A stretch of DNA of 62,983 nucleotides, counting the filler, from Halocafeteria seosinensis (lineage: Eukaryota), in the NCBI GenBank assembly GCA_001687465.1. It is 9 parts of 9 records of this genome, joined end to end, with 100 filler letters (N's around TTAATTAATTAA, not from the genome) between each part and the next. Parts side by side here need not be neighbours in the genome. Positions count along the whole stretch, not along the records: positions 37,692 to 43,755 come from LVLI01000039.1; positions 43,856 to 48,771 come from LVLI01000041.1; positions 48,872 to 52,143 come from LVLI01000045.1; 6 more parts are not named here. The stretch is one strand, 5' to 3'. Within the stretch, counting starts at the first letter, position 1, and each line of letters starts with the position of its first letter. This document shows positions 39,586 through 52,143 of the stretch, piece by piece. The notes below the pieces were generated by a model, which was given only the letters and a program-made list of their open reading frames with translations, was not told the DNA's origin and ran no database searches. A program made the position numbers and the translations under genes.

Positions 39586-42307
39586 CTACTTAGGTTCAGG
39601 ATCAGCATATAAACCGGGAAGAAGTGCACTGGCTGCTTTCCTCTTCAATATAATCATTTCTGAATTATTTGGCGAGGTAAACTTGCTTGTCTTGCCATGC
39701 TTCAACACTGTGCCCCCACGCACAAGAATCCGCTCCTCATTCTCATCGAAAATGGTGCTTTCACCTTTCTGGAACGAAACATTTTCCGTTGTCGCAAATA
39801 CTACTAGCGAGACGAACACGTTGCAATTCATCAGTTCGGGCTTGAGAGTTTTGCTGGCCTCATCAATTAGCACCTTGTTCCCCAAATACGTGTTCTCCTC
39901 GTATCGCTTTGCCTGAAGCATTACAAAGTGATTGAGGCCACCAACATACCCCAATCTCAAGATGGCATCCTCGCTGCTTGATTTCTCGGTGCGAATATAA
40001 TAGCGATTCGTTTCCAATTTCTCATGAAGGACTATCCAATCTCGCAACACGAGGCTGATATCCTTAGGTTTGGGGAGTCCCGTGGTTATCGAATCGATGG
40101 GCTTATTTAAGAACCTAAACAAAGTTTCACTTATTTCGTTCTTGTTGTAGTCAATTTGTGGGGTTCTCGTCTTGGCTGTGGTCGTATCACGCTTTATCGC
40201 TGGTAGTGCATGAACGCCATCAATTCGAGCTTCGAAAGTCCCAAGCTCTGTTCCATTCAAAGCGGGCAGCACCTCGTTCCAATACACTCTAAGCTCTCCT
40301 TTAGCCTTCCTTCTAAAGTTGATAGTAGTTTGGAGTACAAGAGCAAGTAGAATCTCAAACTCTTCAGGATTCACATCGCATCTCCAGTCGAGCCATGTTC
40401 GAAGAAAATCGCGACTGTCTTTCACCATCTTAATGAAAGTTTCATTCTGCGTGACGATTTTTGGTAACGATACAGACATACTAGTCCGATCCGCGCCCTT
40501 GGGGTCAACATATACTCCAAAACTCCGTACGAGATCAATAATTCCCCAGTCATTATATGTAGGATTCTCGCAAAATCGCGCATTACCGGAAAGAGGACGG
40601 ACCGCCTCCACGACCGACGAAACTTTCAGCGCCATTGGCATCTCATACTTCCACATAGATAATCCATACAACAAGCATAAATAATCACTTGCTTGATCCA
40701 TGTCTTTCCAAAGCCCTAGCAACTGTTCGGTAGGGCCCTTCGTTGCCTTGGCGATAAAGTCCTTGGTGATACTGTCTAAACTCGAAGCGTAGTTGACGGG
40801 AAAAGACACAAACCGGGGCACTCCACTGGTGTAATAGTGAAGACGATGAGCAACCATCTCAATATCCTTAATATTGCTAGAAGGAAATTTGTTCCGTAGG
40901 ATAACACTTATGTCGTCTTCGCCGAATGTTCCCAGCCACAAAGGGACCGCCTCGTTCGGAGATTGCATTTCCCGAAATTCTCTCAAACGGCTTAGATCTT
41001 CGGTCCTACTGCTTATATAATATATGACTTTATGATGACGTAGCAGTGCAGTCCAGAATTTTCTCAAACGAAGGACCTTGTCCTTAATCGTACGCCCGCG
41101 AGCACTGTATACTCCCAACTCGTCGATATGTACTACTGCCACAGGGGCAGTACCAGAGGTAACACCTGCAAGCTCCCAAAACTTATTAAGGACATCACCT
41201 GCTGCACAACGGAACTTTTCCTGTTCCCACCACTCCCAAAACTTGAGACGCGCTTCATGAGATAAAACATAAGTGTACGGCTTGTCCAAAAAAGCATCTT
41301 CTTTCTTGGATAACTTGACAGATTTCTGGAGTGCTGCGGCAAGGATCGCTTTTGTGATGTCGTGAACTGTAAAGTGAACACGCACATACATGCAAGGTCC
41401 CAACACCGCATGCTATCAACGAAACGGGAAACAGTTAGCACATACGTGTACATCTTTCGAAGTGGAATTCTACGTCCACAAGAGTCACATAGGCCAAAAA
41501 AATTTCTTGCGCAATCTTGAGATGGTCACTTTGAACGTGCTGAAGTAGTGCGCTTTCTTGGGTATGGAATTGTTTCAGGCACTGTATGCCGAGTTGTGTT
41601 TTACCTGAGCCCCATCCCAAGGCAGTANACAGCGTCCGCAGCGCAGCATACTCATTACTCGTCGCCTGTGAATGCTGTGCAATTGACTCCGCCATGGTAG
41701 CCAAGTCGACCAATCTATCGATGTAAAATGGCTGTTGAGCACGCAGTTCCGCAGAAGGGATCTCTTCCACTGCATGCATTAGGTTTGGATACTCTAACTG
41801 AATGAAGCCATCAAAGGCAACTGACAGACAGAGTTCACTTACAACGAGGCACTACCCTTACGGCGGCACCTGCCGTTTCCACCAACCACGAAGAAGAATG
41901 ACCTAGCCCAGGATAGACAAACATGAATGCTCCACATACCGATATATTTCTGGCTCTCTTCGAAAGCAGCGGTACCTAAAGTGGTGGCCTCTGCAACGTT
42001 TTTCTCCCGGAAGAAGGCTATAGCATCCGTTTTCGTGTCGAACGGAGCTTTTCCAAATGCTCTACCATACTTCTTGACCATCCTGACGCACAGCTCGTGC
42101 TTCTCTCCCAACTCCTCCTTCGCTTTGTCCAACCATTCGAGTAATGCTTGTTGACCTGCGGGTACTGCTGCTTCTTAGAAAAAGGAGACATTGGAGAGAT
42201 AGACCTAATGGGTTGTACGCAGCAGTTCCGTATGATACGCGGGAGTCACTTACCCTCTGTGGTTGAAGACTGCTTTTGGGCGTCGGGATCTTGCTGTTGT
42301 CCGTCAT
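39586..42307 (-). CDS. Crinkler/CR-type protein: header + P-loop NTPase + PD-(D/E)xK restriction-endonuclease-like domain; multi-exon, 5' end uncertain
   Basis: Walker A LGWGSGKT, Walker B VVHIDE, YTSGVPRF and C-terminal SSEDAIL...MLQAK nuclease-like motif in a 606-aa ORF. Confidence 0.65.
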
Positions 42308-43424
42308 CCGAACTGCTAGGCTGAGAAGTAAATGAGGACTGAAAGAATTTCTGTTGCACGAAGTTTAATCCTGTCATTGGTATATTCAGCCTCTGGGGTC
42401 GGCCGGGGAGGGATACATTCCCAACGGGAAGAACAGTCGATGTCCACCCCTTGCAGTTGGTGTTCGCAGCCTTGGGCTTTTTTGTTCCCCCAGGACCTCC
42501 ATTGGCGGATGCCCATGTCCCTGCACTTCGGCTGGCATTCAGCTCCGTTCCACAGTAATGCCAGAGTTCACTCAAGACACTCTGTCTGTTTGGTCCTGCT
42601 CTGGGCCGAAATTGACTTTTGGTCTTGCCTCCCAAGGCCAAGGCCAGACGACCCTGAAAGGCTCTTGCTAGCGTCGGAAACATGGGGGAGCCGATGCTGT
42701 CTGGGTACGCGTGTATCGGCGCAGATTCGTGGGTCCCTGATTTCGACGTCACTATAACACAAATGAACCAGAACGCACTTCAACACAAAAGACAATCATC
42801 AATTGTTGGCAGTGTTGGGGCACACCGTGCCGGCACGAGGCACGACCCCGCGGCGCGGCACCCGGGCACGGGTGTCGAGGGTGTGCCCAATTGGCAAAAC
42901 TCAAAGCCGAATACTAGACTTGGAAATTGCAGGATATAGCCCCGTGGAACGATATACGAGCATCCGTAGAAGATATGTCAGTGCCAGTTCCGAGTATCTG
43001 CCAATAGGATGCGAAAATCAGACGTATGGAGATGCTTCAGTGGCCCGTTACTGGGCTCGCCAAAACGAAACCCCTTGCGGTCTGTCTGTGGATGATTTGT
43101 ATAAGTTCATATCAGCACAAATACACCCTAGATACAGCGTTTTGGGATCATCATATACCTTCATCCTCGCTAAATGGTAGGAGCAGTAGGGCTAGGAAGT
43201 GGGTCAACGGAGTTCAGCCAGTGAGTCAAAAAGCTACAAAGTTGCAAAACTACTCAAATACCCGTGTTGTACGGTGAAATCACGTATATAGTACCGTATT
43301 TGTCATACAATTACAGAAATGCTTAAAAAATAGAGTTCTAATGGCTGTAATCGGATAAAATTGGGAAGCTTCAACATCGGACTTTACCAGCATACCCGCC
43401 CGCGATCCGCAGGGAACCCAAAAG

Positions 43425-43755
43425 ATGGACAGCCAATTCAGGGACCTGCTTGAGGTAGGGCCAAATGACATGAAAACCAGACTTCAAGCTGCACGACAAG
43501 ATGGCTCCGCCGACTGGCTAATAGCACTCCCCACAAACCCCAGGAAACAACTCACTGACACGGAATGGAGGATGATGGCGCGCTTACGCCTAGGTCTAAG
43601 CGTCACCCCACACCCAATCCCCGACATCTGCCGTCTCTGTTCAGGGCACACTAATGGCTCAATCAATCACGCCTACACGTGCTCTCATGGGGAACTCGCA
43701 GGTAGCCGGCTGGACAGGCACGACGCGATCAGAGACTCTATAGCGGGATCACTCA
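43425..43755 (+). mobile_element. CRE-like non-LTR retrotransposon fragment (post-RT region with Cys/His knuckle)
   Basis: WL.ALP....L...EWR...RLRLG, C..C...H...C and RHD motifs; runs into gap. Confidence 0.75.
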
Positions 43756-43903
43756 NNNNNNNNNNNNNNNNNNNNNNNNNNNNNNNNNNNNNNNNNNNNT
43801 TAATTAATTAANNNNNNNNNNNNNNNNNNNNNNNNNNNNNNNNNNNNNNNNNNNNCTTACTATGTACTTGAAGTTGAATACACACACTATATTATATTAT
43901 ATA

Positions 43904-44219
43904 CTGAGCTGGGATATCTCGGGGGTCCGGTATCGGGGGTTTGTTCGGGGGCCCCGCCAGATTCTCTTCCGTACAGCTTTTTTTTGGGTGCTATATGGTG
44001 AAATCTCGAGGGCACAGTTGTCAGTGAACCAATGATGGAACATGAGCCGATTTAGGCACAGGAATAACGTGTAATTCGAGTGGTGCAACCACGTACTCTC
44101 TACTGAACTATTCACTAACTTCTAAATCAAATTTCACCATATAGCCCCGAAAAAAAAGCTGTACAGAAGAGAATCTGGTGGGGCCCCCGAAAAAACCCAT
44201 CCCCGAAATATCCCAGCGG
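43904..44219. mobile_element. MITE-like element with about 90-100-bp imperfect inverted repeats; partial second copy at about 47908-48133
   Basis: gctgggatat...ccagattctcttc.gtacagc...gctatatggtgaaat inverted at both ends; TA at both outer borders. Confidence 0.6.
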
Positions 44220-44227
44220 TAGGTGAG

Positions 44228-44710
44228 TGTGTATTCAACTTCAACTATAGTAAGTACCCGTTAGCCGAGGCTACGCCTCCCTTCATACGCCGTATTGGGC
44301 ATTACTAAATGCAACCACTTGCGCAGCATTCTGCAGTTGCTCCGCTGCACCGAGCAGCTTAGGCGCAATCGAAGATCCCTGACAAACAAGACCGGATCCG
44401 TTACCCTTAGGTTAGACGGCCTATCATACAGCTCCTTCAAAAAGGTGAGCGCCTTTGAGCCCATCCCTCCATAGGTTTGGTAGACGAATGGAATGAAGAG
44501 TTTCTCTGCCTCCCTTGCCAGCTTGAGATATTTGTTGTCCTTCTCTCTCTCTCTCTTATCAGCGTGGCGTATCCCAGCTCTGTGCGGGGGCACTGCGGAA
44601 CCCACGGTGCGGAGAAGGGAGCCGTTTACTTCAACTTCAACGGCGATGGTTGGAGCCTCTGAGCCCGTCCGCATGATGCGGACCTGTCGCTCCCCCTGTG
44701 CCTCAACACA
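44228..44710 (-). mobile_element. 5'-truncated CRE-like retrotransposon 3' end (restriction-like endonuclease C-terminus plus short 3' UTR)
   Basis: REKDNKY...FIPFVYQTYGG...RLSCSVQRSN; 3' end GAAGTTGAATACACAC also at 43856-43887 (+) and 47735-47891 (+). Confidence 0.8.
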
Positions 44711-44974
44711 GAAACAGCCTTAAACATTGTATTAAGTAATGTGACATGGCGCTAGATTAATGGAAAATGATGTATATTCCGAGTGCTGGTGAGGGCAGGG
44801 GTAGGGAATGCAGGAGGGCCCCAGGGAGATCTTCGACGGCGTGAAGATCCTTCCGCTTCCGCTACATTTCCACATACAGTAGCCGGTAGGCCATAAATAA
44901 TACACACTACCGCTACCACTAATATGTATATTATGACGAGAGAATAAAGCTGTAGAAAAAATACAGCTTAAAAG

Positions 44975-45835
44975 CTAAGTATGCAATGACACCTCCCATG
45001 ACGGTTTCCAACTCCCTAGATCTTCATCCGTTAAACGACGTTCAACGCGTATCTTCCTCAGCTCCTCTACGAAAGAATTGTAGTCTTCATCCGGGGTTCC
45101 CTCAAACCTCGCCTTGTAGCGTTTGGCAGCCTCAGCACGGGGAGGAGAAACATAATATATAGCCATTGATTTCCGGAAAACTTCGCGAGGACATTTGATG
45201 GGGGCCGGAATACCGTGCCAAGAAATGTCGCTGGTGCGAAAAATAACGGCACGGTTGAGTTTTGGGAAAACCCGCTTCTGACATTCCGTGAGTCCTTCAT
45301 CCCAAAGTTGTAGATCTCCTCCATAGGATGAGTCCCATTCTTCTGTAAGGAAGATGATTAAGTTCAACCGTCGCTCCATCCCAGTAATTGGATGAATGCT
45401 GTAGTCCAGATGCATGTCAAGTTTACCTCCCCGCGGATGGCAATGCAAACCTCCACCGTGAATTTGGGGATCATTCTCAAGCTCCGGGATGTCGGTTACA
45501 TACTTCAAGATATCCACAAGTTTAATACTTTGGAGACCGCTGAAGAAGACATTCCTGAGAGGGTCCCCCCAAGTTTCCGTTTTGTTGTTAGCAAGCTTTA
45601 TTTCGATTGGATTGTAATACGTCATCCATCCATGTTCGCTCCGTCTCGCGGATGAAAATTCAGGAAAAGAACGAGCGCAGTCCTTCGCCACTGATGGGTG
45701 GAGGAAATCATCGATGACAACATGTGGAAAAGGCACAGCGTCAGCAAATTGTTGGCGTAAACGATCCAACTCCGATCGGTCGTATATCCATGATCCAAAT
45801 AATCTGGCGGGATTTGCTTGATCTTTGTTTGACAT
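44975..45835 (-). CDS. 2OG-Fe(II) oxygenase (prolyl-hydroxylase-like), intronless
   Basis: PFPHVVIDDFL, GGGLH, H-x-D (MHLD), RRLNLIIFL, GGDLQLW, SWHG and distal Arg (RKSMA). Confidence 0.9.
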   Translation of the reverse strand: MSNKDQANPARLFGSWIYDRSELDRLRQQFADAVPFPHVVIDDFLHPSVAKDCARSFPEFSSARRSEHGWMTYYNPIEIKLANNKTETWGDPLRNVFFSGLQSIKLVDILKYVTDIPELENDPQIHGGGLHCHPRGGKLDMHLDYSIHPITGMERRLNLIIFLTEEWDSSYGGDLQLWDEGLTECQKRVFPKLNRAVIFRTSDISWHGIPAPIKCPREVFRKSMAIYYVSPPRAEAAKRYKARFEGTPDEDYNSFVEELRKIRVERRLTDEDLGSWKPSWEVSLHT

Positions 45836-46779
45836 ATTGGTTCTTGCAGACCGACTCACTACCACGAACGTCCCCACAGTCCAAGTAGAACTGAATTACA
45901 TGTCAAGAGAGAGGTGTGACAATTACGGAGACTCCGAGTGTACTCTCGAAAGGTAACGTACGGCTCCGCCTAAGGTTTCGACCCAGTGGCAGGGCTTGAA
46001 ATATGCGGGTAGGGTTGTTGGGAGGGCTAACCAGCGGCTCTCTACTTTGAATTCCTCGGTTTCGGAGGACACCCAATATCTCCGAGACAGAGGCCCCCTG
46101 TCACCCAACAACAGATTTCCGGTGACGGAAAGCCTCGTCCGGGCGGTCATGAGGGTGCGCGGATGGGAGCTCCCGAAACATAACTGTCGGGCTCGGGATT
46201 TGGGTCTCATAAGGCCCCATGATAAGCGACGGCCTTAGTGCCCCCACCGGCAAGCCTTGGGTCAGCTTGTCGCCCTCTGCGTATAACGATTCGATCGGGG
46301 CGTTCGATGGGGTAGAACAAGAAAGGGGAAGTATTCCGCAAACAAGCACGGCCAAAACTGGAAATGCAATCGAATTTGTTGGAACTAGTGGGTATATTCT
46401 TACCAAAAATGGTTTGGTTGATGGAACGTCCGATCTTACATAACAATTTTGGACGTTCATGGGACCGATAGTGACTTATTCTCCGCAAATTATCATCAGG
46501 AGAGATCAAATCTTTTACAAGTGATGGAAGTTCGACGACCGAAATGCTGAGCAACCCGACTATCCCTCTCAATGGATGGCATTTTATCAGTCTTACAGTG
46601 CTGGAAAACTTTGTATTTGTGCCGATATGAACTTCTACATGGTTGAGATCGCGAAAACGGCGAAACTTTCTCCAGTATTCACTATACCCGCATACGGGTG
46701 TGGGAAAGGATAAGGCAACTCAGTGGTGTACAAGGTGAATTAAAGCCGATGAGACATGACCGTGATTGGAACCGAGCAA

Positions 46780-47592
46780 ACTTTTTTCTTTTTTCGGTAC
46801 GACGAAACGACCATAAAACTCTATTAATTTTGGGTATGTTTCTTCATCGTAGATATGGTCTAAATCAATAGTAATAAATTTGCTCTTATCCATAACCATT
46901 TCGTAGTTTAGTTCTGGATTTTCCTTTATGGTTTTCAATACGTCCTTGGTTCTACGCTTTGTTGCTTCCCTATCCATCACCTTTTCCCATTGTTTAATCG
47001 AAGGTTTTTTCCGTCCTTCATCTAATGGAATTAGCTGAAAAAACTTGCTCATTTTCTTTGCGTGTTTGTATTTTAAATTATCTGTTTGTGTCGCCATCTT
47101 ATCTATACTCTCCTTATAGTGCTCAGTCCTTAAGCCATTAGGGGGTTAGTTCGTCGAAGATTTGCTAAATTTGTTATAAAGATCCATATTTTCTGTTGGT
47201 TCTTCCTCTATACTCTTCTTATATCGCCGAGTCCTTAAGCCATTAGGGAGGTCATTGTTAATTTCTATATTCTCTCCAGTCATTGTTATGATTATATAAA
47301 AACTATATATAAAAATTATTTTCATCAAAACGCGCGTTTAAAATTCACTATCGCTTGAAACAGTAAGTCAGTAGGTAGCTGTATTTCTTTTATGAACTTT
47401 ATGGATGGCGCAAAATGGGCATACATTCCAATGTATATTCATTCTCCGTCACAGTTCAAAAATGATTTTATTTTTTTGTTGGTGATAAATAAATAAAATA
47501 AATCATTCAATTATTCCCGCTCTTCTGCTGCTTTCTCTCTTATCGTTCTCATTAACTCACACTTTATTAAATTATTAAATTTAATAAAAATT
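46780..47592 (-). mobile_element. AT-rich virus-like fragment with truncated Prim-Pol-like ORF (ATG 47097)
   Basis: IPL..G.KKP....W ... NPELNY....FITIDLD resembles the bifunctional primase-polymerase N-terminus; 47360-47562 is homologous to 62275-62484. Confidence 0.65.
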
Positions 47593-48199
47593 CGCGGGCG
47601 TTAGACTTCTCATTCCAGCAACGCATACTTCGGAGGATCTTGCCAGCGAAAACCAATTCTATCAGTAGGAATTTGCAGCGGATGGCACCAGGATCGCGCT
47701 TGCCTTGCATCCAGTCGCGTTCCAGCAACGCGTAACGGATCCGGTCCTGTTTGTCAGGGATCTTCGAAGCGGAGCAACTGCAGAACGCTGCGCAAGTGGT
47801 TGCATTTAGTAATGCCCAATACGGCGTATGAAGGGAGCTGTAGCCTCGGCTAACGGGTACTTACTATGTACTTGAAGTTGAATACACACACTATATTATA
47901 TTATATACTGAGCTGGGATATCTCGGGGGTCCGGTATCGGGGGTTTGTTCGGGGGCCCCGCCAGATTCTCTTCCGTACAGCTTGTTTTTTCGGGGCTATA
48001 TGGTGAAATTTCGGGGGCACAGTTGTCAGTGAACCAATGATGGAACATGAGCCGATTTAGGCACAGAAATAACGTGTAATTCGAGTGGTGCAACAACGTA
48101 CTCTCTACTGAACTATTCACTATCTTTTAAATCTACGGTTACATCCAGGCTTGACTGGTCTTGCCCGGTTTTCAATGCCTTTTGGTGCCTGTAGATCCG

Positions 48200-48771
48200 G
48201 AAGTCTGCAAGCACCTCATCGATAATCCACTCATTTACTCTGACAAACATTTCCATGCTTTCGATTGCTGAGTGTTTCTACGTAAGTCTTGCCGAGTGAC
48301 GCATGATCTAATGAAGCAGACGAGAAAGGGATACCAGCACCCAGCGAGCTAGCTGCGGATACATATCACGCATTTCTTCTCGACTTTCGTTGATATATCG
48401 GAGCCACTCGGCGTCTATTCGGGAGTCTCGTGCCTTAAACCCAAAATAGCTTTGGAAAGACGTCAACTCTGTATCGTGTGGGAGGAAACAATTGACGGTG
48501 CAAAAGAAATTAAGCGTCTCTTCGACATTGTCTTATGTTAGACCGTTGTGCAATTACCCACAACTTTGAGGCGAACCGCAGTTGGGTATATGGTCTGTGG
48601 CGACTTTCTTCCTGTGGAAAGGTCTGCTGTGTGTTGCTATAGTTCCGATTCCAGCAACGTTTACAACTCGCTCGATAACATTTGGACAGAGTCCGGCTGT
48701 AGTGAGCTTACCCAATATGGCTTTATCCTCATCCTCGAGATAGGAGCCGATCGTCCGCTTTTCTCCCACGG
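48200..48771 (-). pseudogene. probable hAT transposase C-terminal remnant
   Basis: EWLRY...MYPQLARWVL segment; degraded. Confidence 0.35.
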
Positions 48772-48871
48772 NNNNNNNNNNNNNNNNNNNNNNNNNNNNN
48801 NNNNNNNNNNNNNNNTTAATTAATTAANNNNNNNNNNNNNNNNNNNNNNNNNNNNNNNNNNNNNNNNNNNN

Positions 48872-51800
48872 AAATGCAGCTCAGCATCACCCGTCATCGT
48901 TAAGGATTTCAATAAAAATGAGGTAGCTTCGTCGTTCCATACCACATTCATTGTGGAGCCCCATGTCATACTCAAATGCTCCAGGCCCAGCCAACGACCT
49001 CGAAGATTAATTGGCACATGCTTCACTGTCACATAAGGAGGAGTCGCCAACTCCCCCTCCGCAAACACATCCACAGCGACACTTGTTAAGCCGAATTCTA
49101 CATCGTCTAGATGATACGTCCCGATACTTAGTTCAGTAAATACAGAATCGCTTTCTTTGAATAAACGTGTATACCGATACCCATGGTCCAGTGCTGACGC
49201 AGATGCTTCCGAGGCGGCACTTGGTTCATTAATCGTTTTCGTATTAAGAATTCCAATCTGATCATCCATTATACTCCAACGACCACTTGTATCACCATCA
49301 AGTTGAGTAATGGAAAAAATCGACTTGTTTGCCGGTTTTGTATCTTGATACCAACGGATACCTCCACGACGAAGGATACGAACGGTATCAAACTGTAAAG
49401 AGCCTTTGGGGTGAATTATGATCGCATCCACAGGGGTGTCGAGCGTATTTTCTCCGTTATCAACAATGAGATGCCTCGACGAGGCATTGCCACCACACTC
49501 ATGATAAAATGTACCGGGACCGGATCTATGTCCTTCAAAATCTATAATANCCCCGCCGTATGCCTGCGCCGTTAAACGATGGGAATCCTCCGAGTTCGCA
49601 CCGTCTTCCGTATTGAGAACAGAGTTACAATACAAGGCAATACGACCACCACCTCCTCCATACCCAAGTGGATCTCGAGAGGGGTTTCGCCCCTTCCCAC
49701 CATTTACAAGAAAGGTGCCAGTACTATCTCGAAGAATATCGGTCCGGAACAGAAGACCACCTCCTGAACCACCTCCCTCTCTGCGACATCCAAAATCATA
49801 CAGTACATCACAAGACAAGATTGCCGACACGGACATACCGAAATCTATACGTACCCATCAAGGTGACGACTCGTACCCTTGGCGTCACCACCACTCAAGT
49901 CGATTGTACCACGAATCTCACTGGATCCCTGAACCCGTAAATCCAAGTATGCTCCTCCACTCCCACCGTCTCCGCGATTGTTCGGATCACAACCACCACT
50001 TCCTGCCCATTGCGGCAAAAATACATCGTCGTAGGCAGCCATCTTATTCTCCTTTTGGATAAACTTTTCGACACTTTCTCGAGTGCCCAGTCCACCATGG
50101 GAAGCTCCCCGATGGGACCTGTCGGAAGGCTTTCCTGGTCCAGAACACTCTCTGAAACCATTACCTTTACCAGTCATCACACTCTCCTCACTGACGAAGA
50201 GATTTCCCAAAACGAAATGATTGTGTCCTTCGAATGTCAATTTTGAAGCATTCAACAACGACCATACTTTCTCAATTGTTACGTTCGATTCATGTCCCGA
50301 CTTCATATGACTTTCATCATACTGCGTCAAGTCTCCCAATGAGACCTCTGCACTTGAGCTTTTCTCAACCATTACCTCAGCCTTGTCATATAAAACCCAT
50401 GTTGAACCCTCTATGTTAATACTCGGAAATTCACCAAACGACACTTTGGTGTCACCCATTAACGTTAGCGATGTTGACGAAAACGTAGGAGAAACAGATC
50501 CTCTGAAATGCAGCTCAGCATCACCCGTCATCGTTAAGGATTTCAATAAAAATGAGGTAGCTTCGTCGTTCCATACCACATTCATTGTGGAGCCCCATGT
50601 CATACTCAAATGCTCCAAGCCCAACCAACGACCGCGAAGATTAATTGGCACATGCTTCACTGTCACATAAGGAGGAGTCGCCAACTCCCCCTCCGCAAAC
50701 ACATCCACAGCAACACTTGTTAAGCCGAATTCCACATCGTCTAGATGATACGTCCCGATACTTAGCTCAGTAAATACAGAATCGCTTTCTTTGAATAAAC
50801 GTGTATACCGATACCCATGGTCCAGTGCCGACGCAGATGCTTCCGAGGCGGCACTTGGCTCATTAATCGTTTTCGTATTAAGAATTCCAATCTGATCATC
50901 CATTATACTCCAACGACCACTTGTATCACCATCAAGTTGAGTAATGGAAAAAATCGACTTGTTTGCCGGTTTTGTATCTTGATACCAACGGATACCTCCA
51001 CGACGAAGGATACGAACGGTATCAAAATGTAAAGAGCCTTTGGAGTGAAGTATGATCGCATCCACAGGGGTGTCGAGCGTATTTTCTCCGTTATCAACAA
51101 TGAGATGCCTCGACGAGGCATTGCCACCACACTCATGATAAAATGTACCGGGACCGGATCTATGTCCTTCAAAATCTATAATATCCCCGCCGTATGCCTG
51201 CACCGCTAAACGATGAGAATCCTCCGAGTTCGCACCGTCTTCCGTATTGAGAACAGAGTTACAATACAAGGCAATACGACCACCACCTCCGCCATACCCA
51301 AGTGGATCTCGAGACGGGTTTCGCCCCTTCCCACCATTTACAAGAAGGGTGCCAGTACTATCTCGAAGAATATCGGTGCGGAACAGAAGACCACCTCCTG
51401 AACCACCTCCCTCTCTGCGACATCCAAAATCACACAGTACATTACAAGATTGCCGACACAGACATACCGAAATCTATACATACCCATCAACAAACCGACT
51501 CGTACCCTTGGCGTCACTACCACTCAAGTCAATTGTACCACGAATCTCACTGGATTGCTGAACCCGTAAATCCAAGTATGCTCCTCCACTCCCACCATCT
51601 CCACCATTGTTCGGATCGCAACCACCACTTCCTGCCCATTGCGGCAAAAACACATCGTCGTAGGCGGCCATCTTATTCTCCTTTTGGATAAACTTTTCGA
51701 CACTTTCTAAAGTGCCCAGTCCACCATGGGAAGCTCCTCGATGGGACCTGTCGGAAGGTTTTCCTGGTCCAGAACACTCTCCGAAACCATTACCTTTACC

Positions 51801-52143
51801 AGTCATCACACTGTCCTCACTGACGAAGAGATTTCCCAAAACGAAATGATTGTGTCCTTCGAGTGTCAATTTTGAAGCATTCAACAACGACCATGCTTTC
51901 TCAATTGTTACGTTCGATCCATGTCCCGACTTTATATGACTTTCATCATACTGCGTCAAGTCTCCCAATGAGACCTCTGCACTTGAGCTTTTCTCAACCA
52001 TTACCTCAGCCTTGTCATATAAAACCCATGTTGAACCCTCTATGTTAATACTCGGAAATTCACCAAACGACACTTTGGTGTCACCCATCAACGTTAGCGA
52101 TGTTGACGAAAACGTAGGAGAAACAGATCCTCTGAAATGCAGC
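48872..52143 (-). CDS. internal part of a very large Gly-rich repeat surface protein; two about 1.63-kb tandem units, each with one intron
   Basis: GASHGGLG, GSGG, GGSGG and GGGGGRI motifs; aaatgcagc anchors at 48872, 50506 and 52135; introns 49781-49854 and 51415-51483. Confidence 0.8.
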
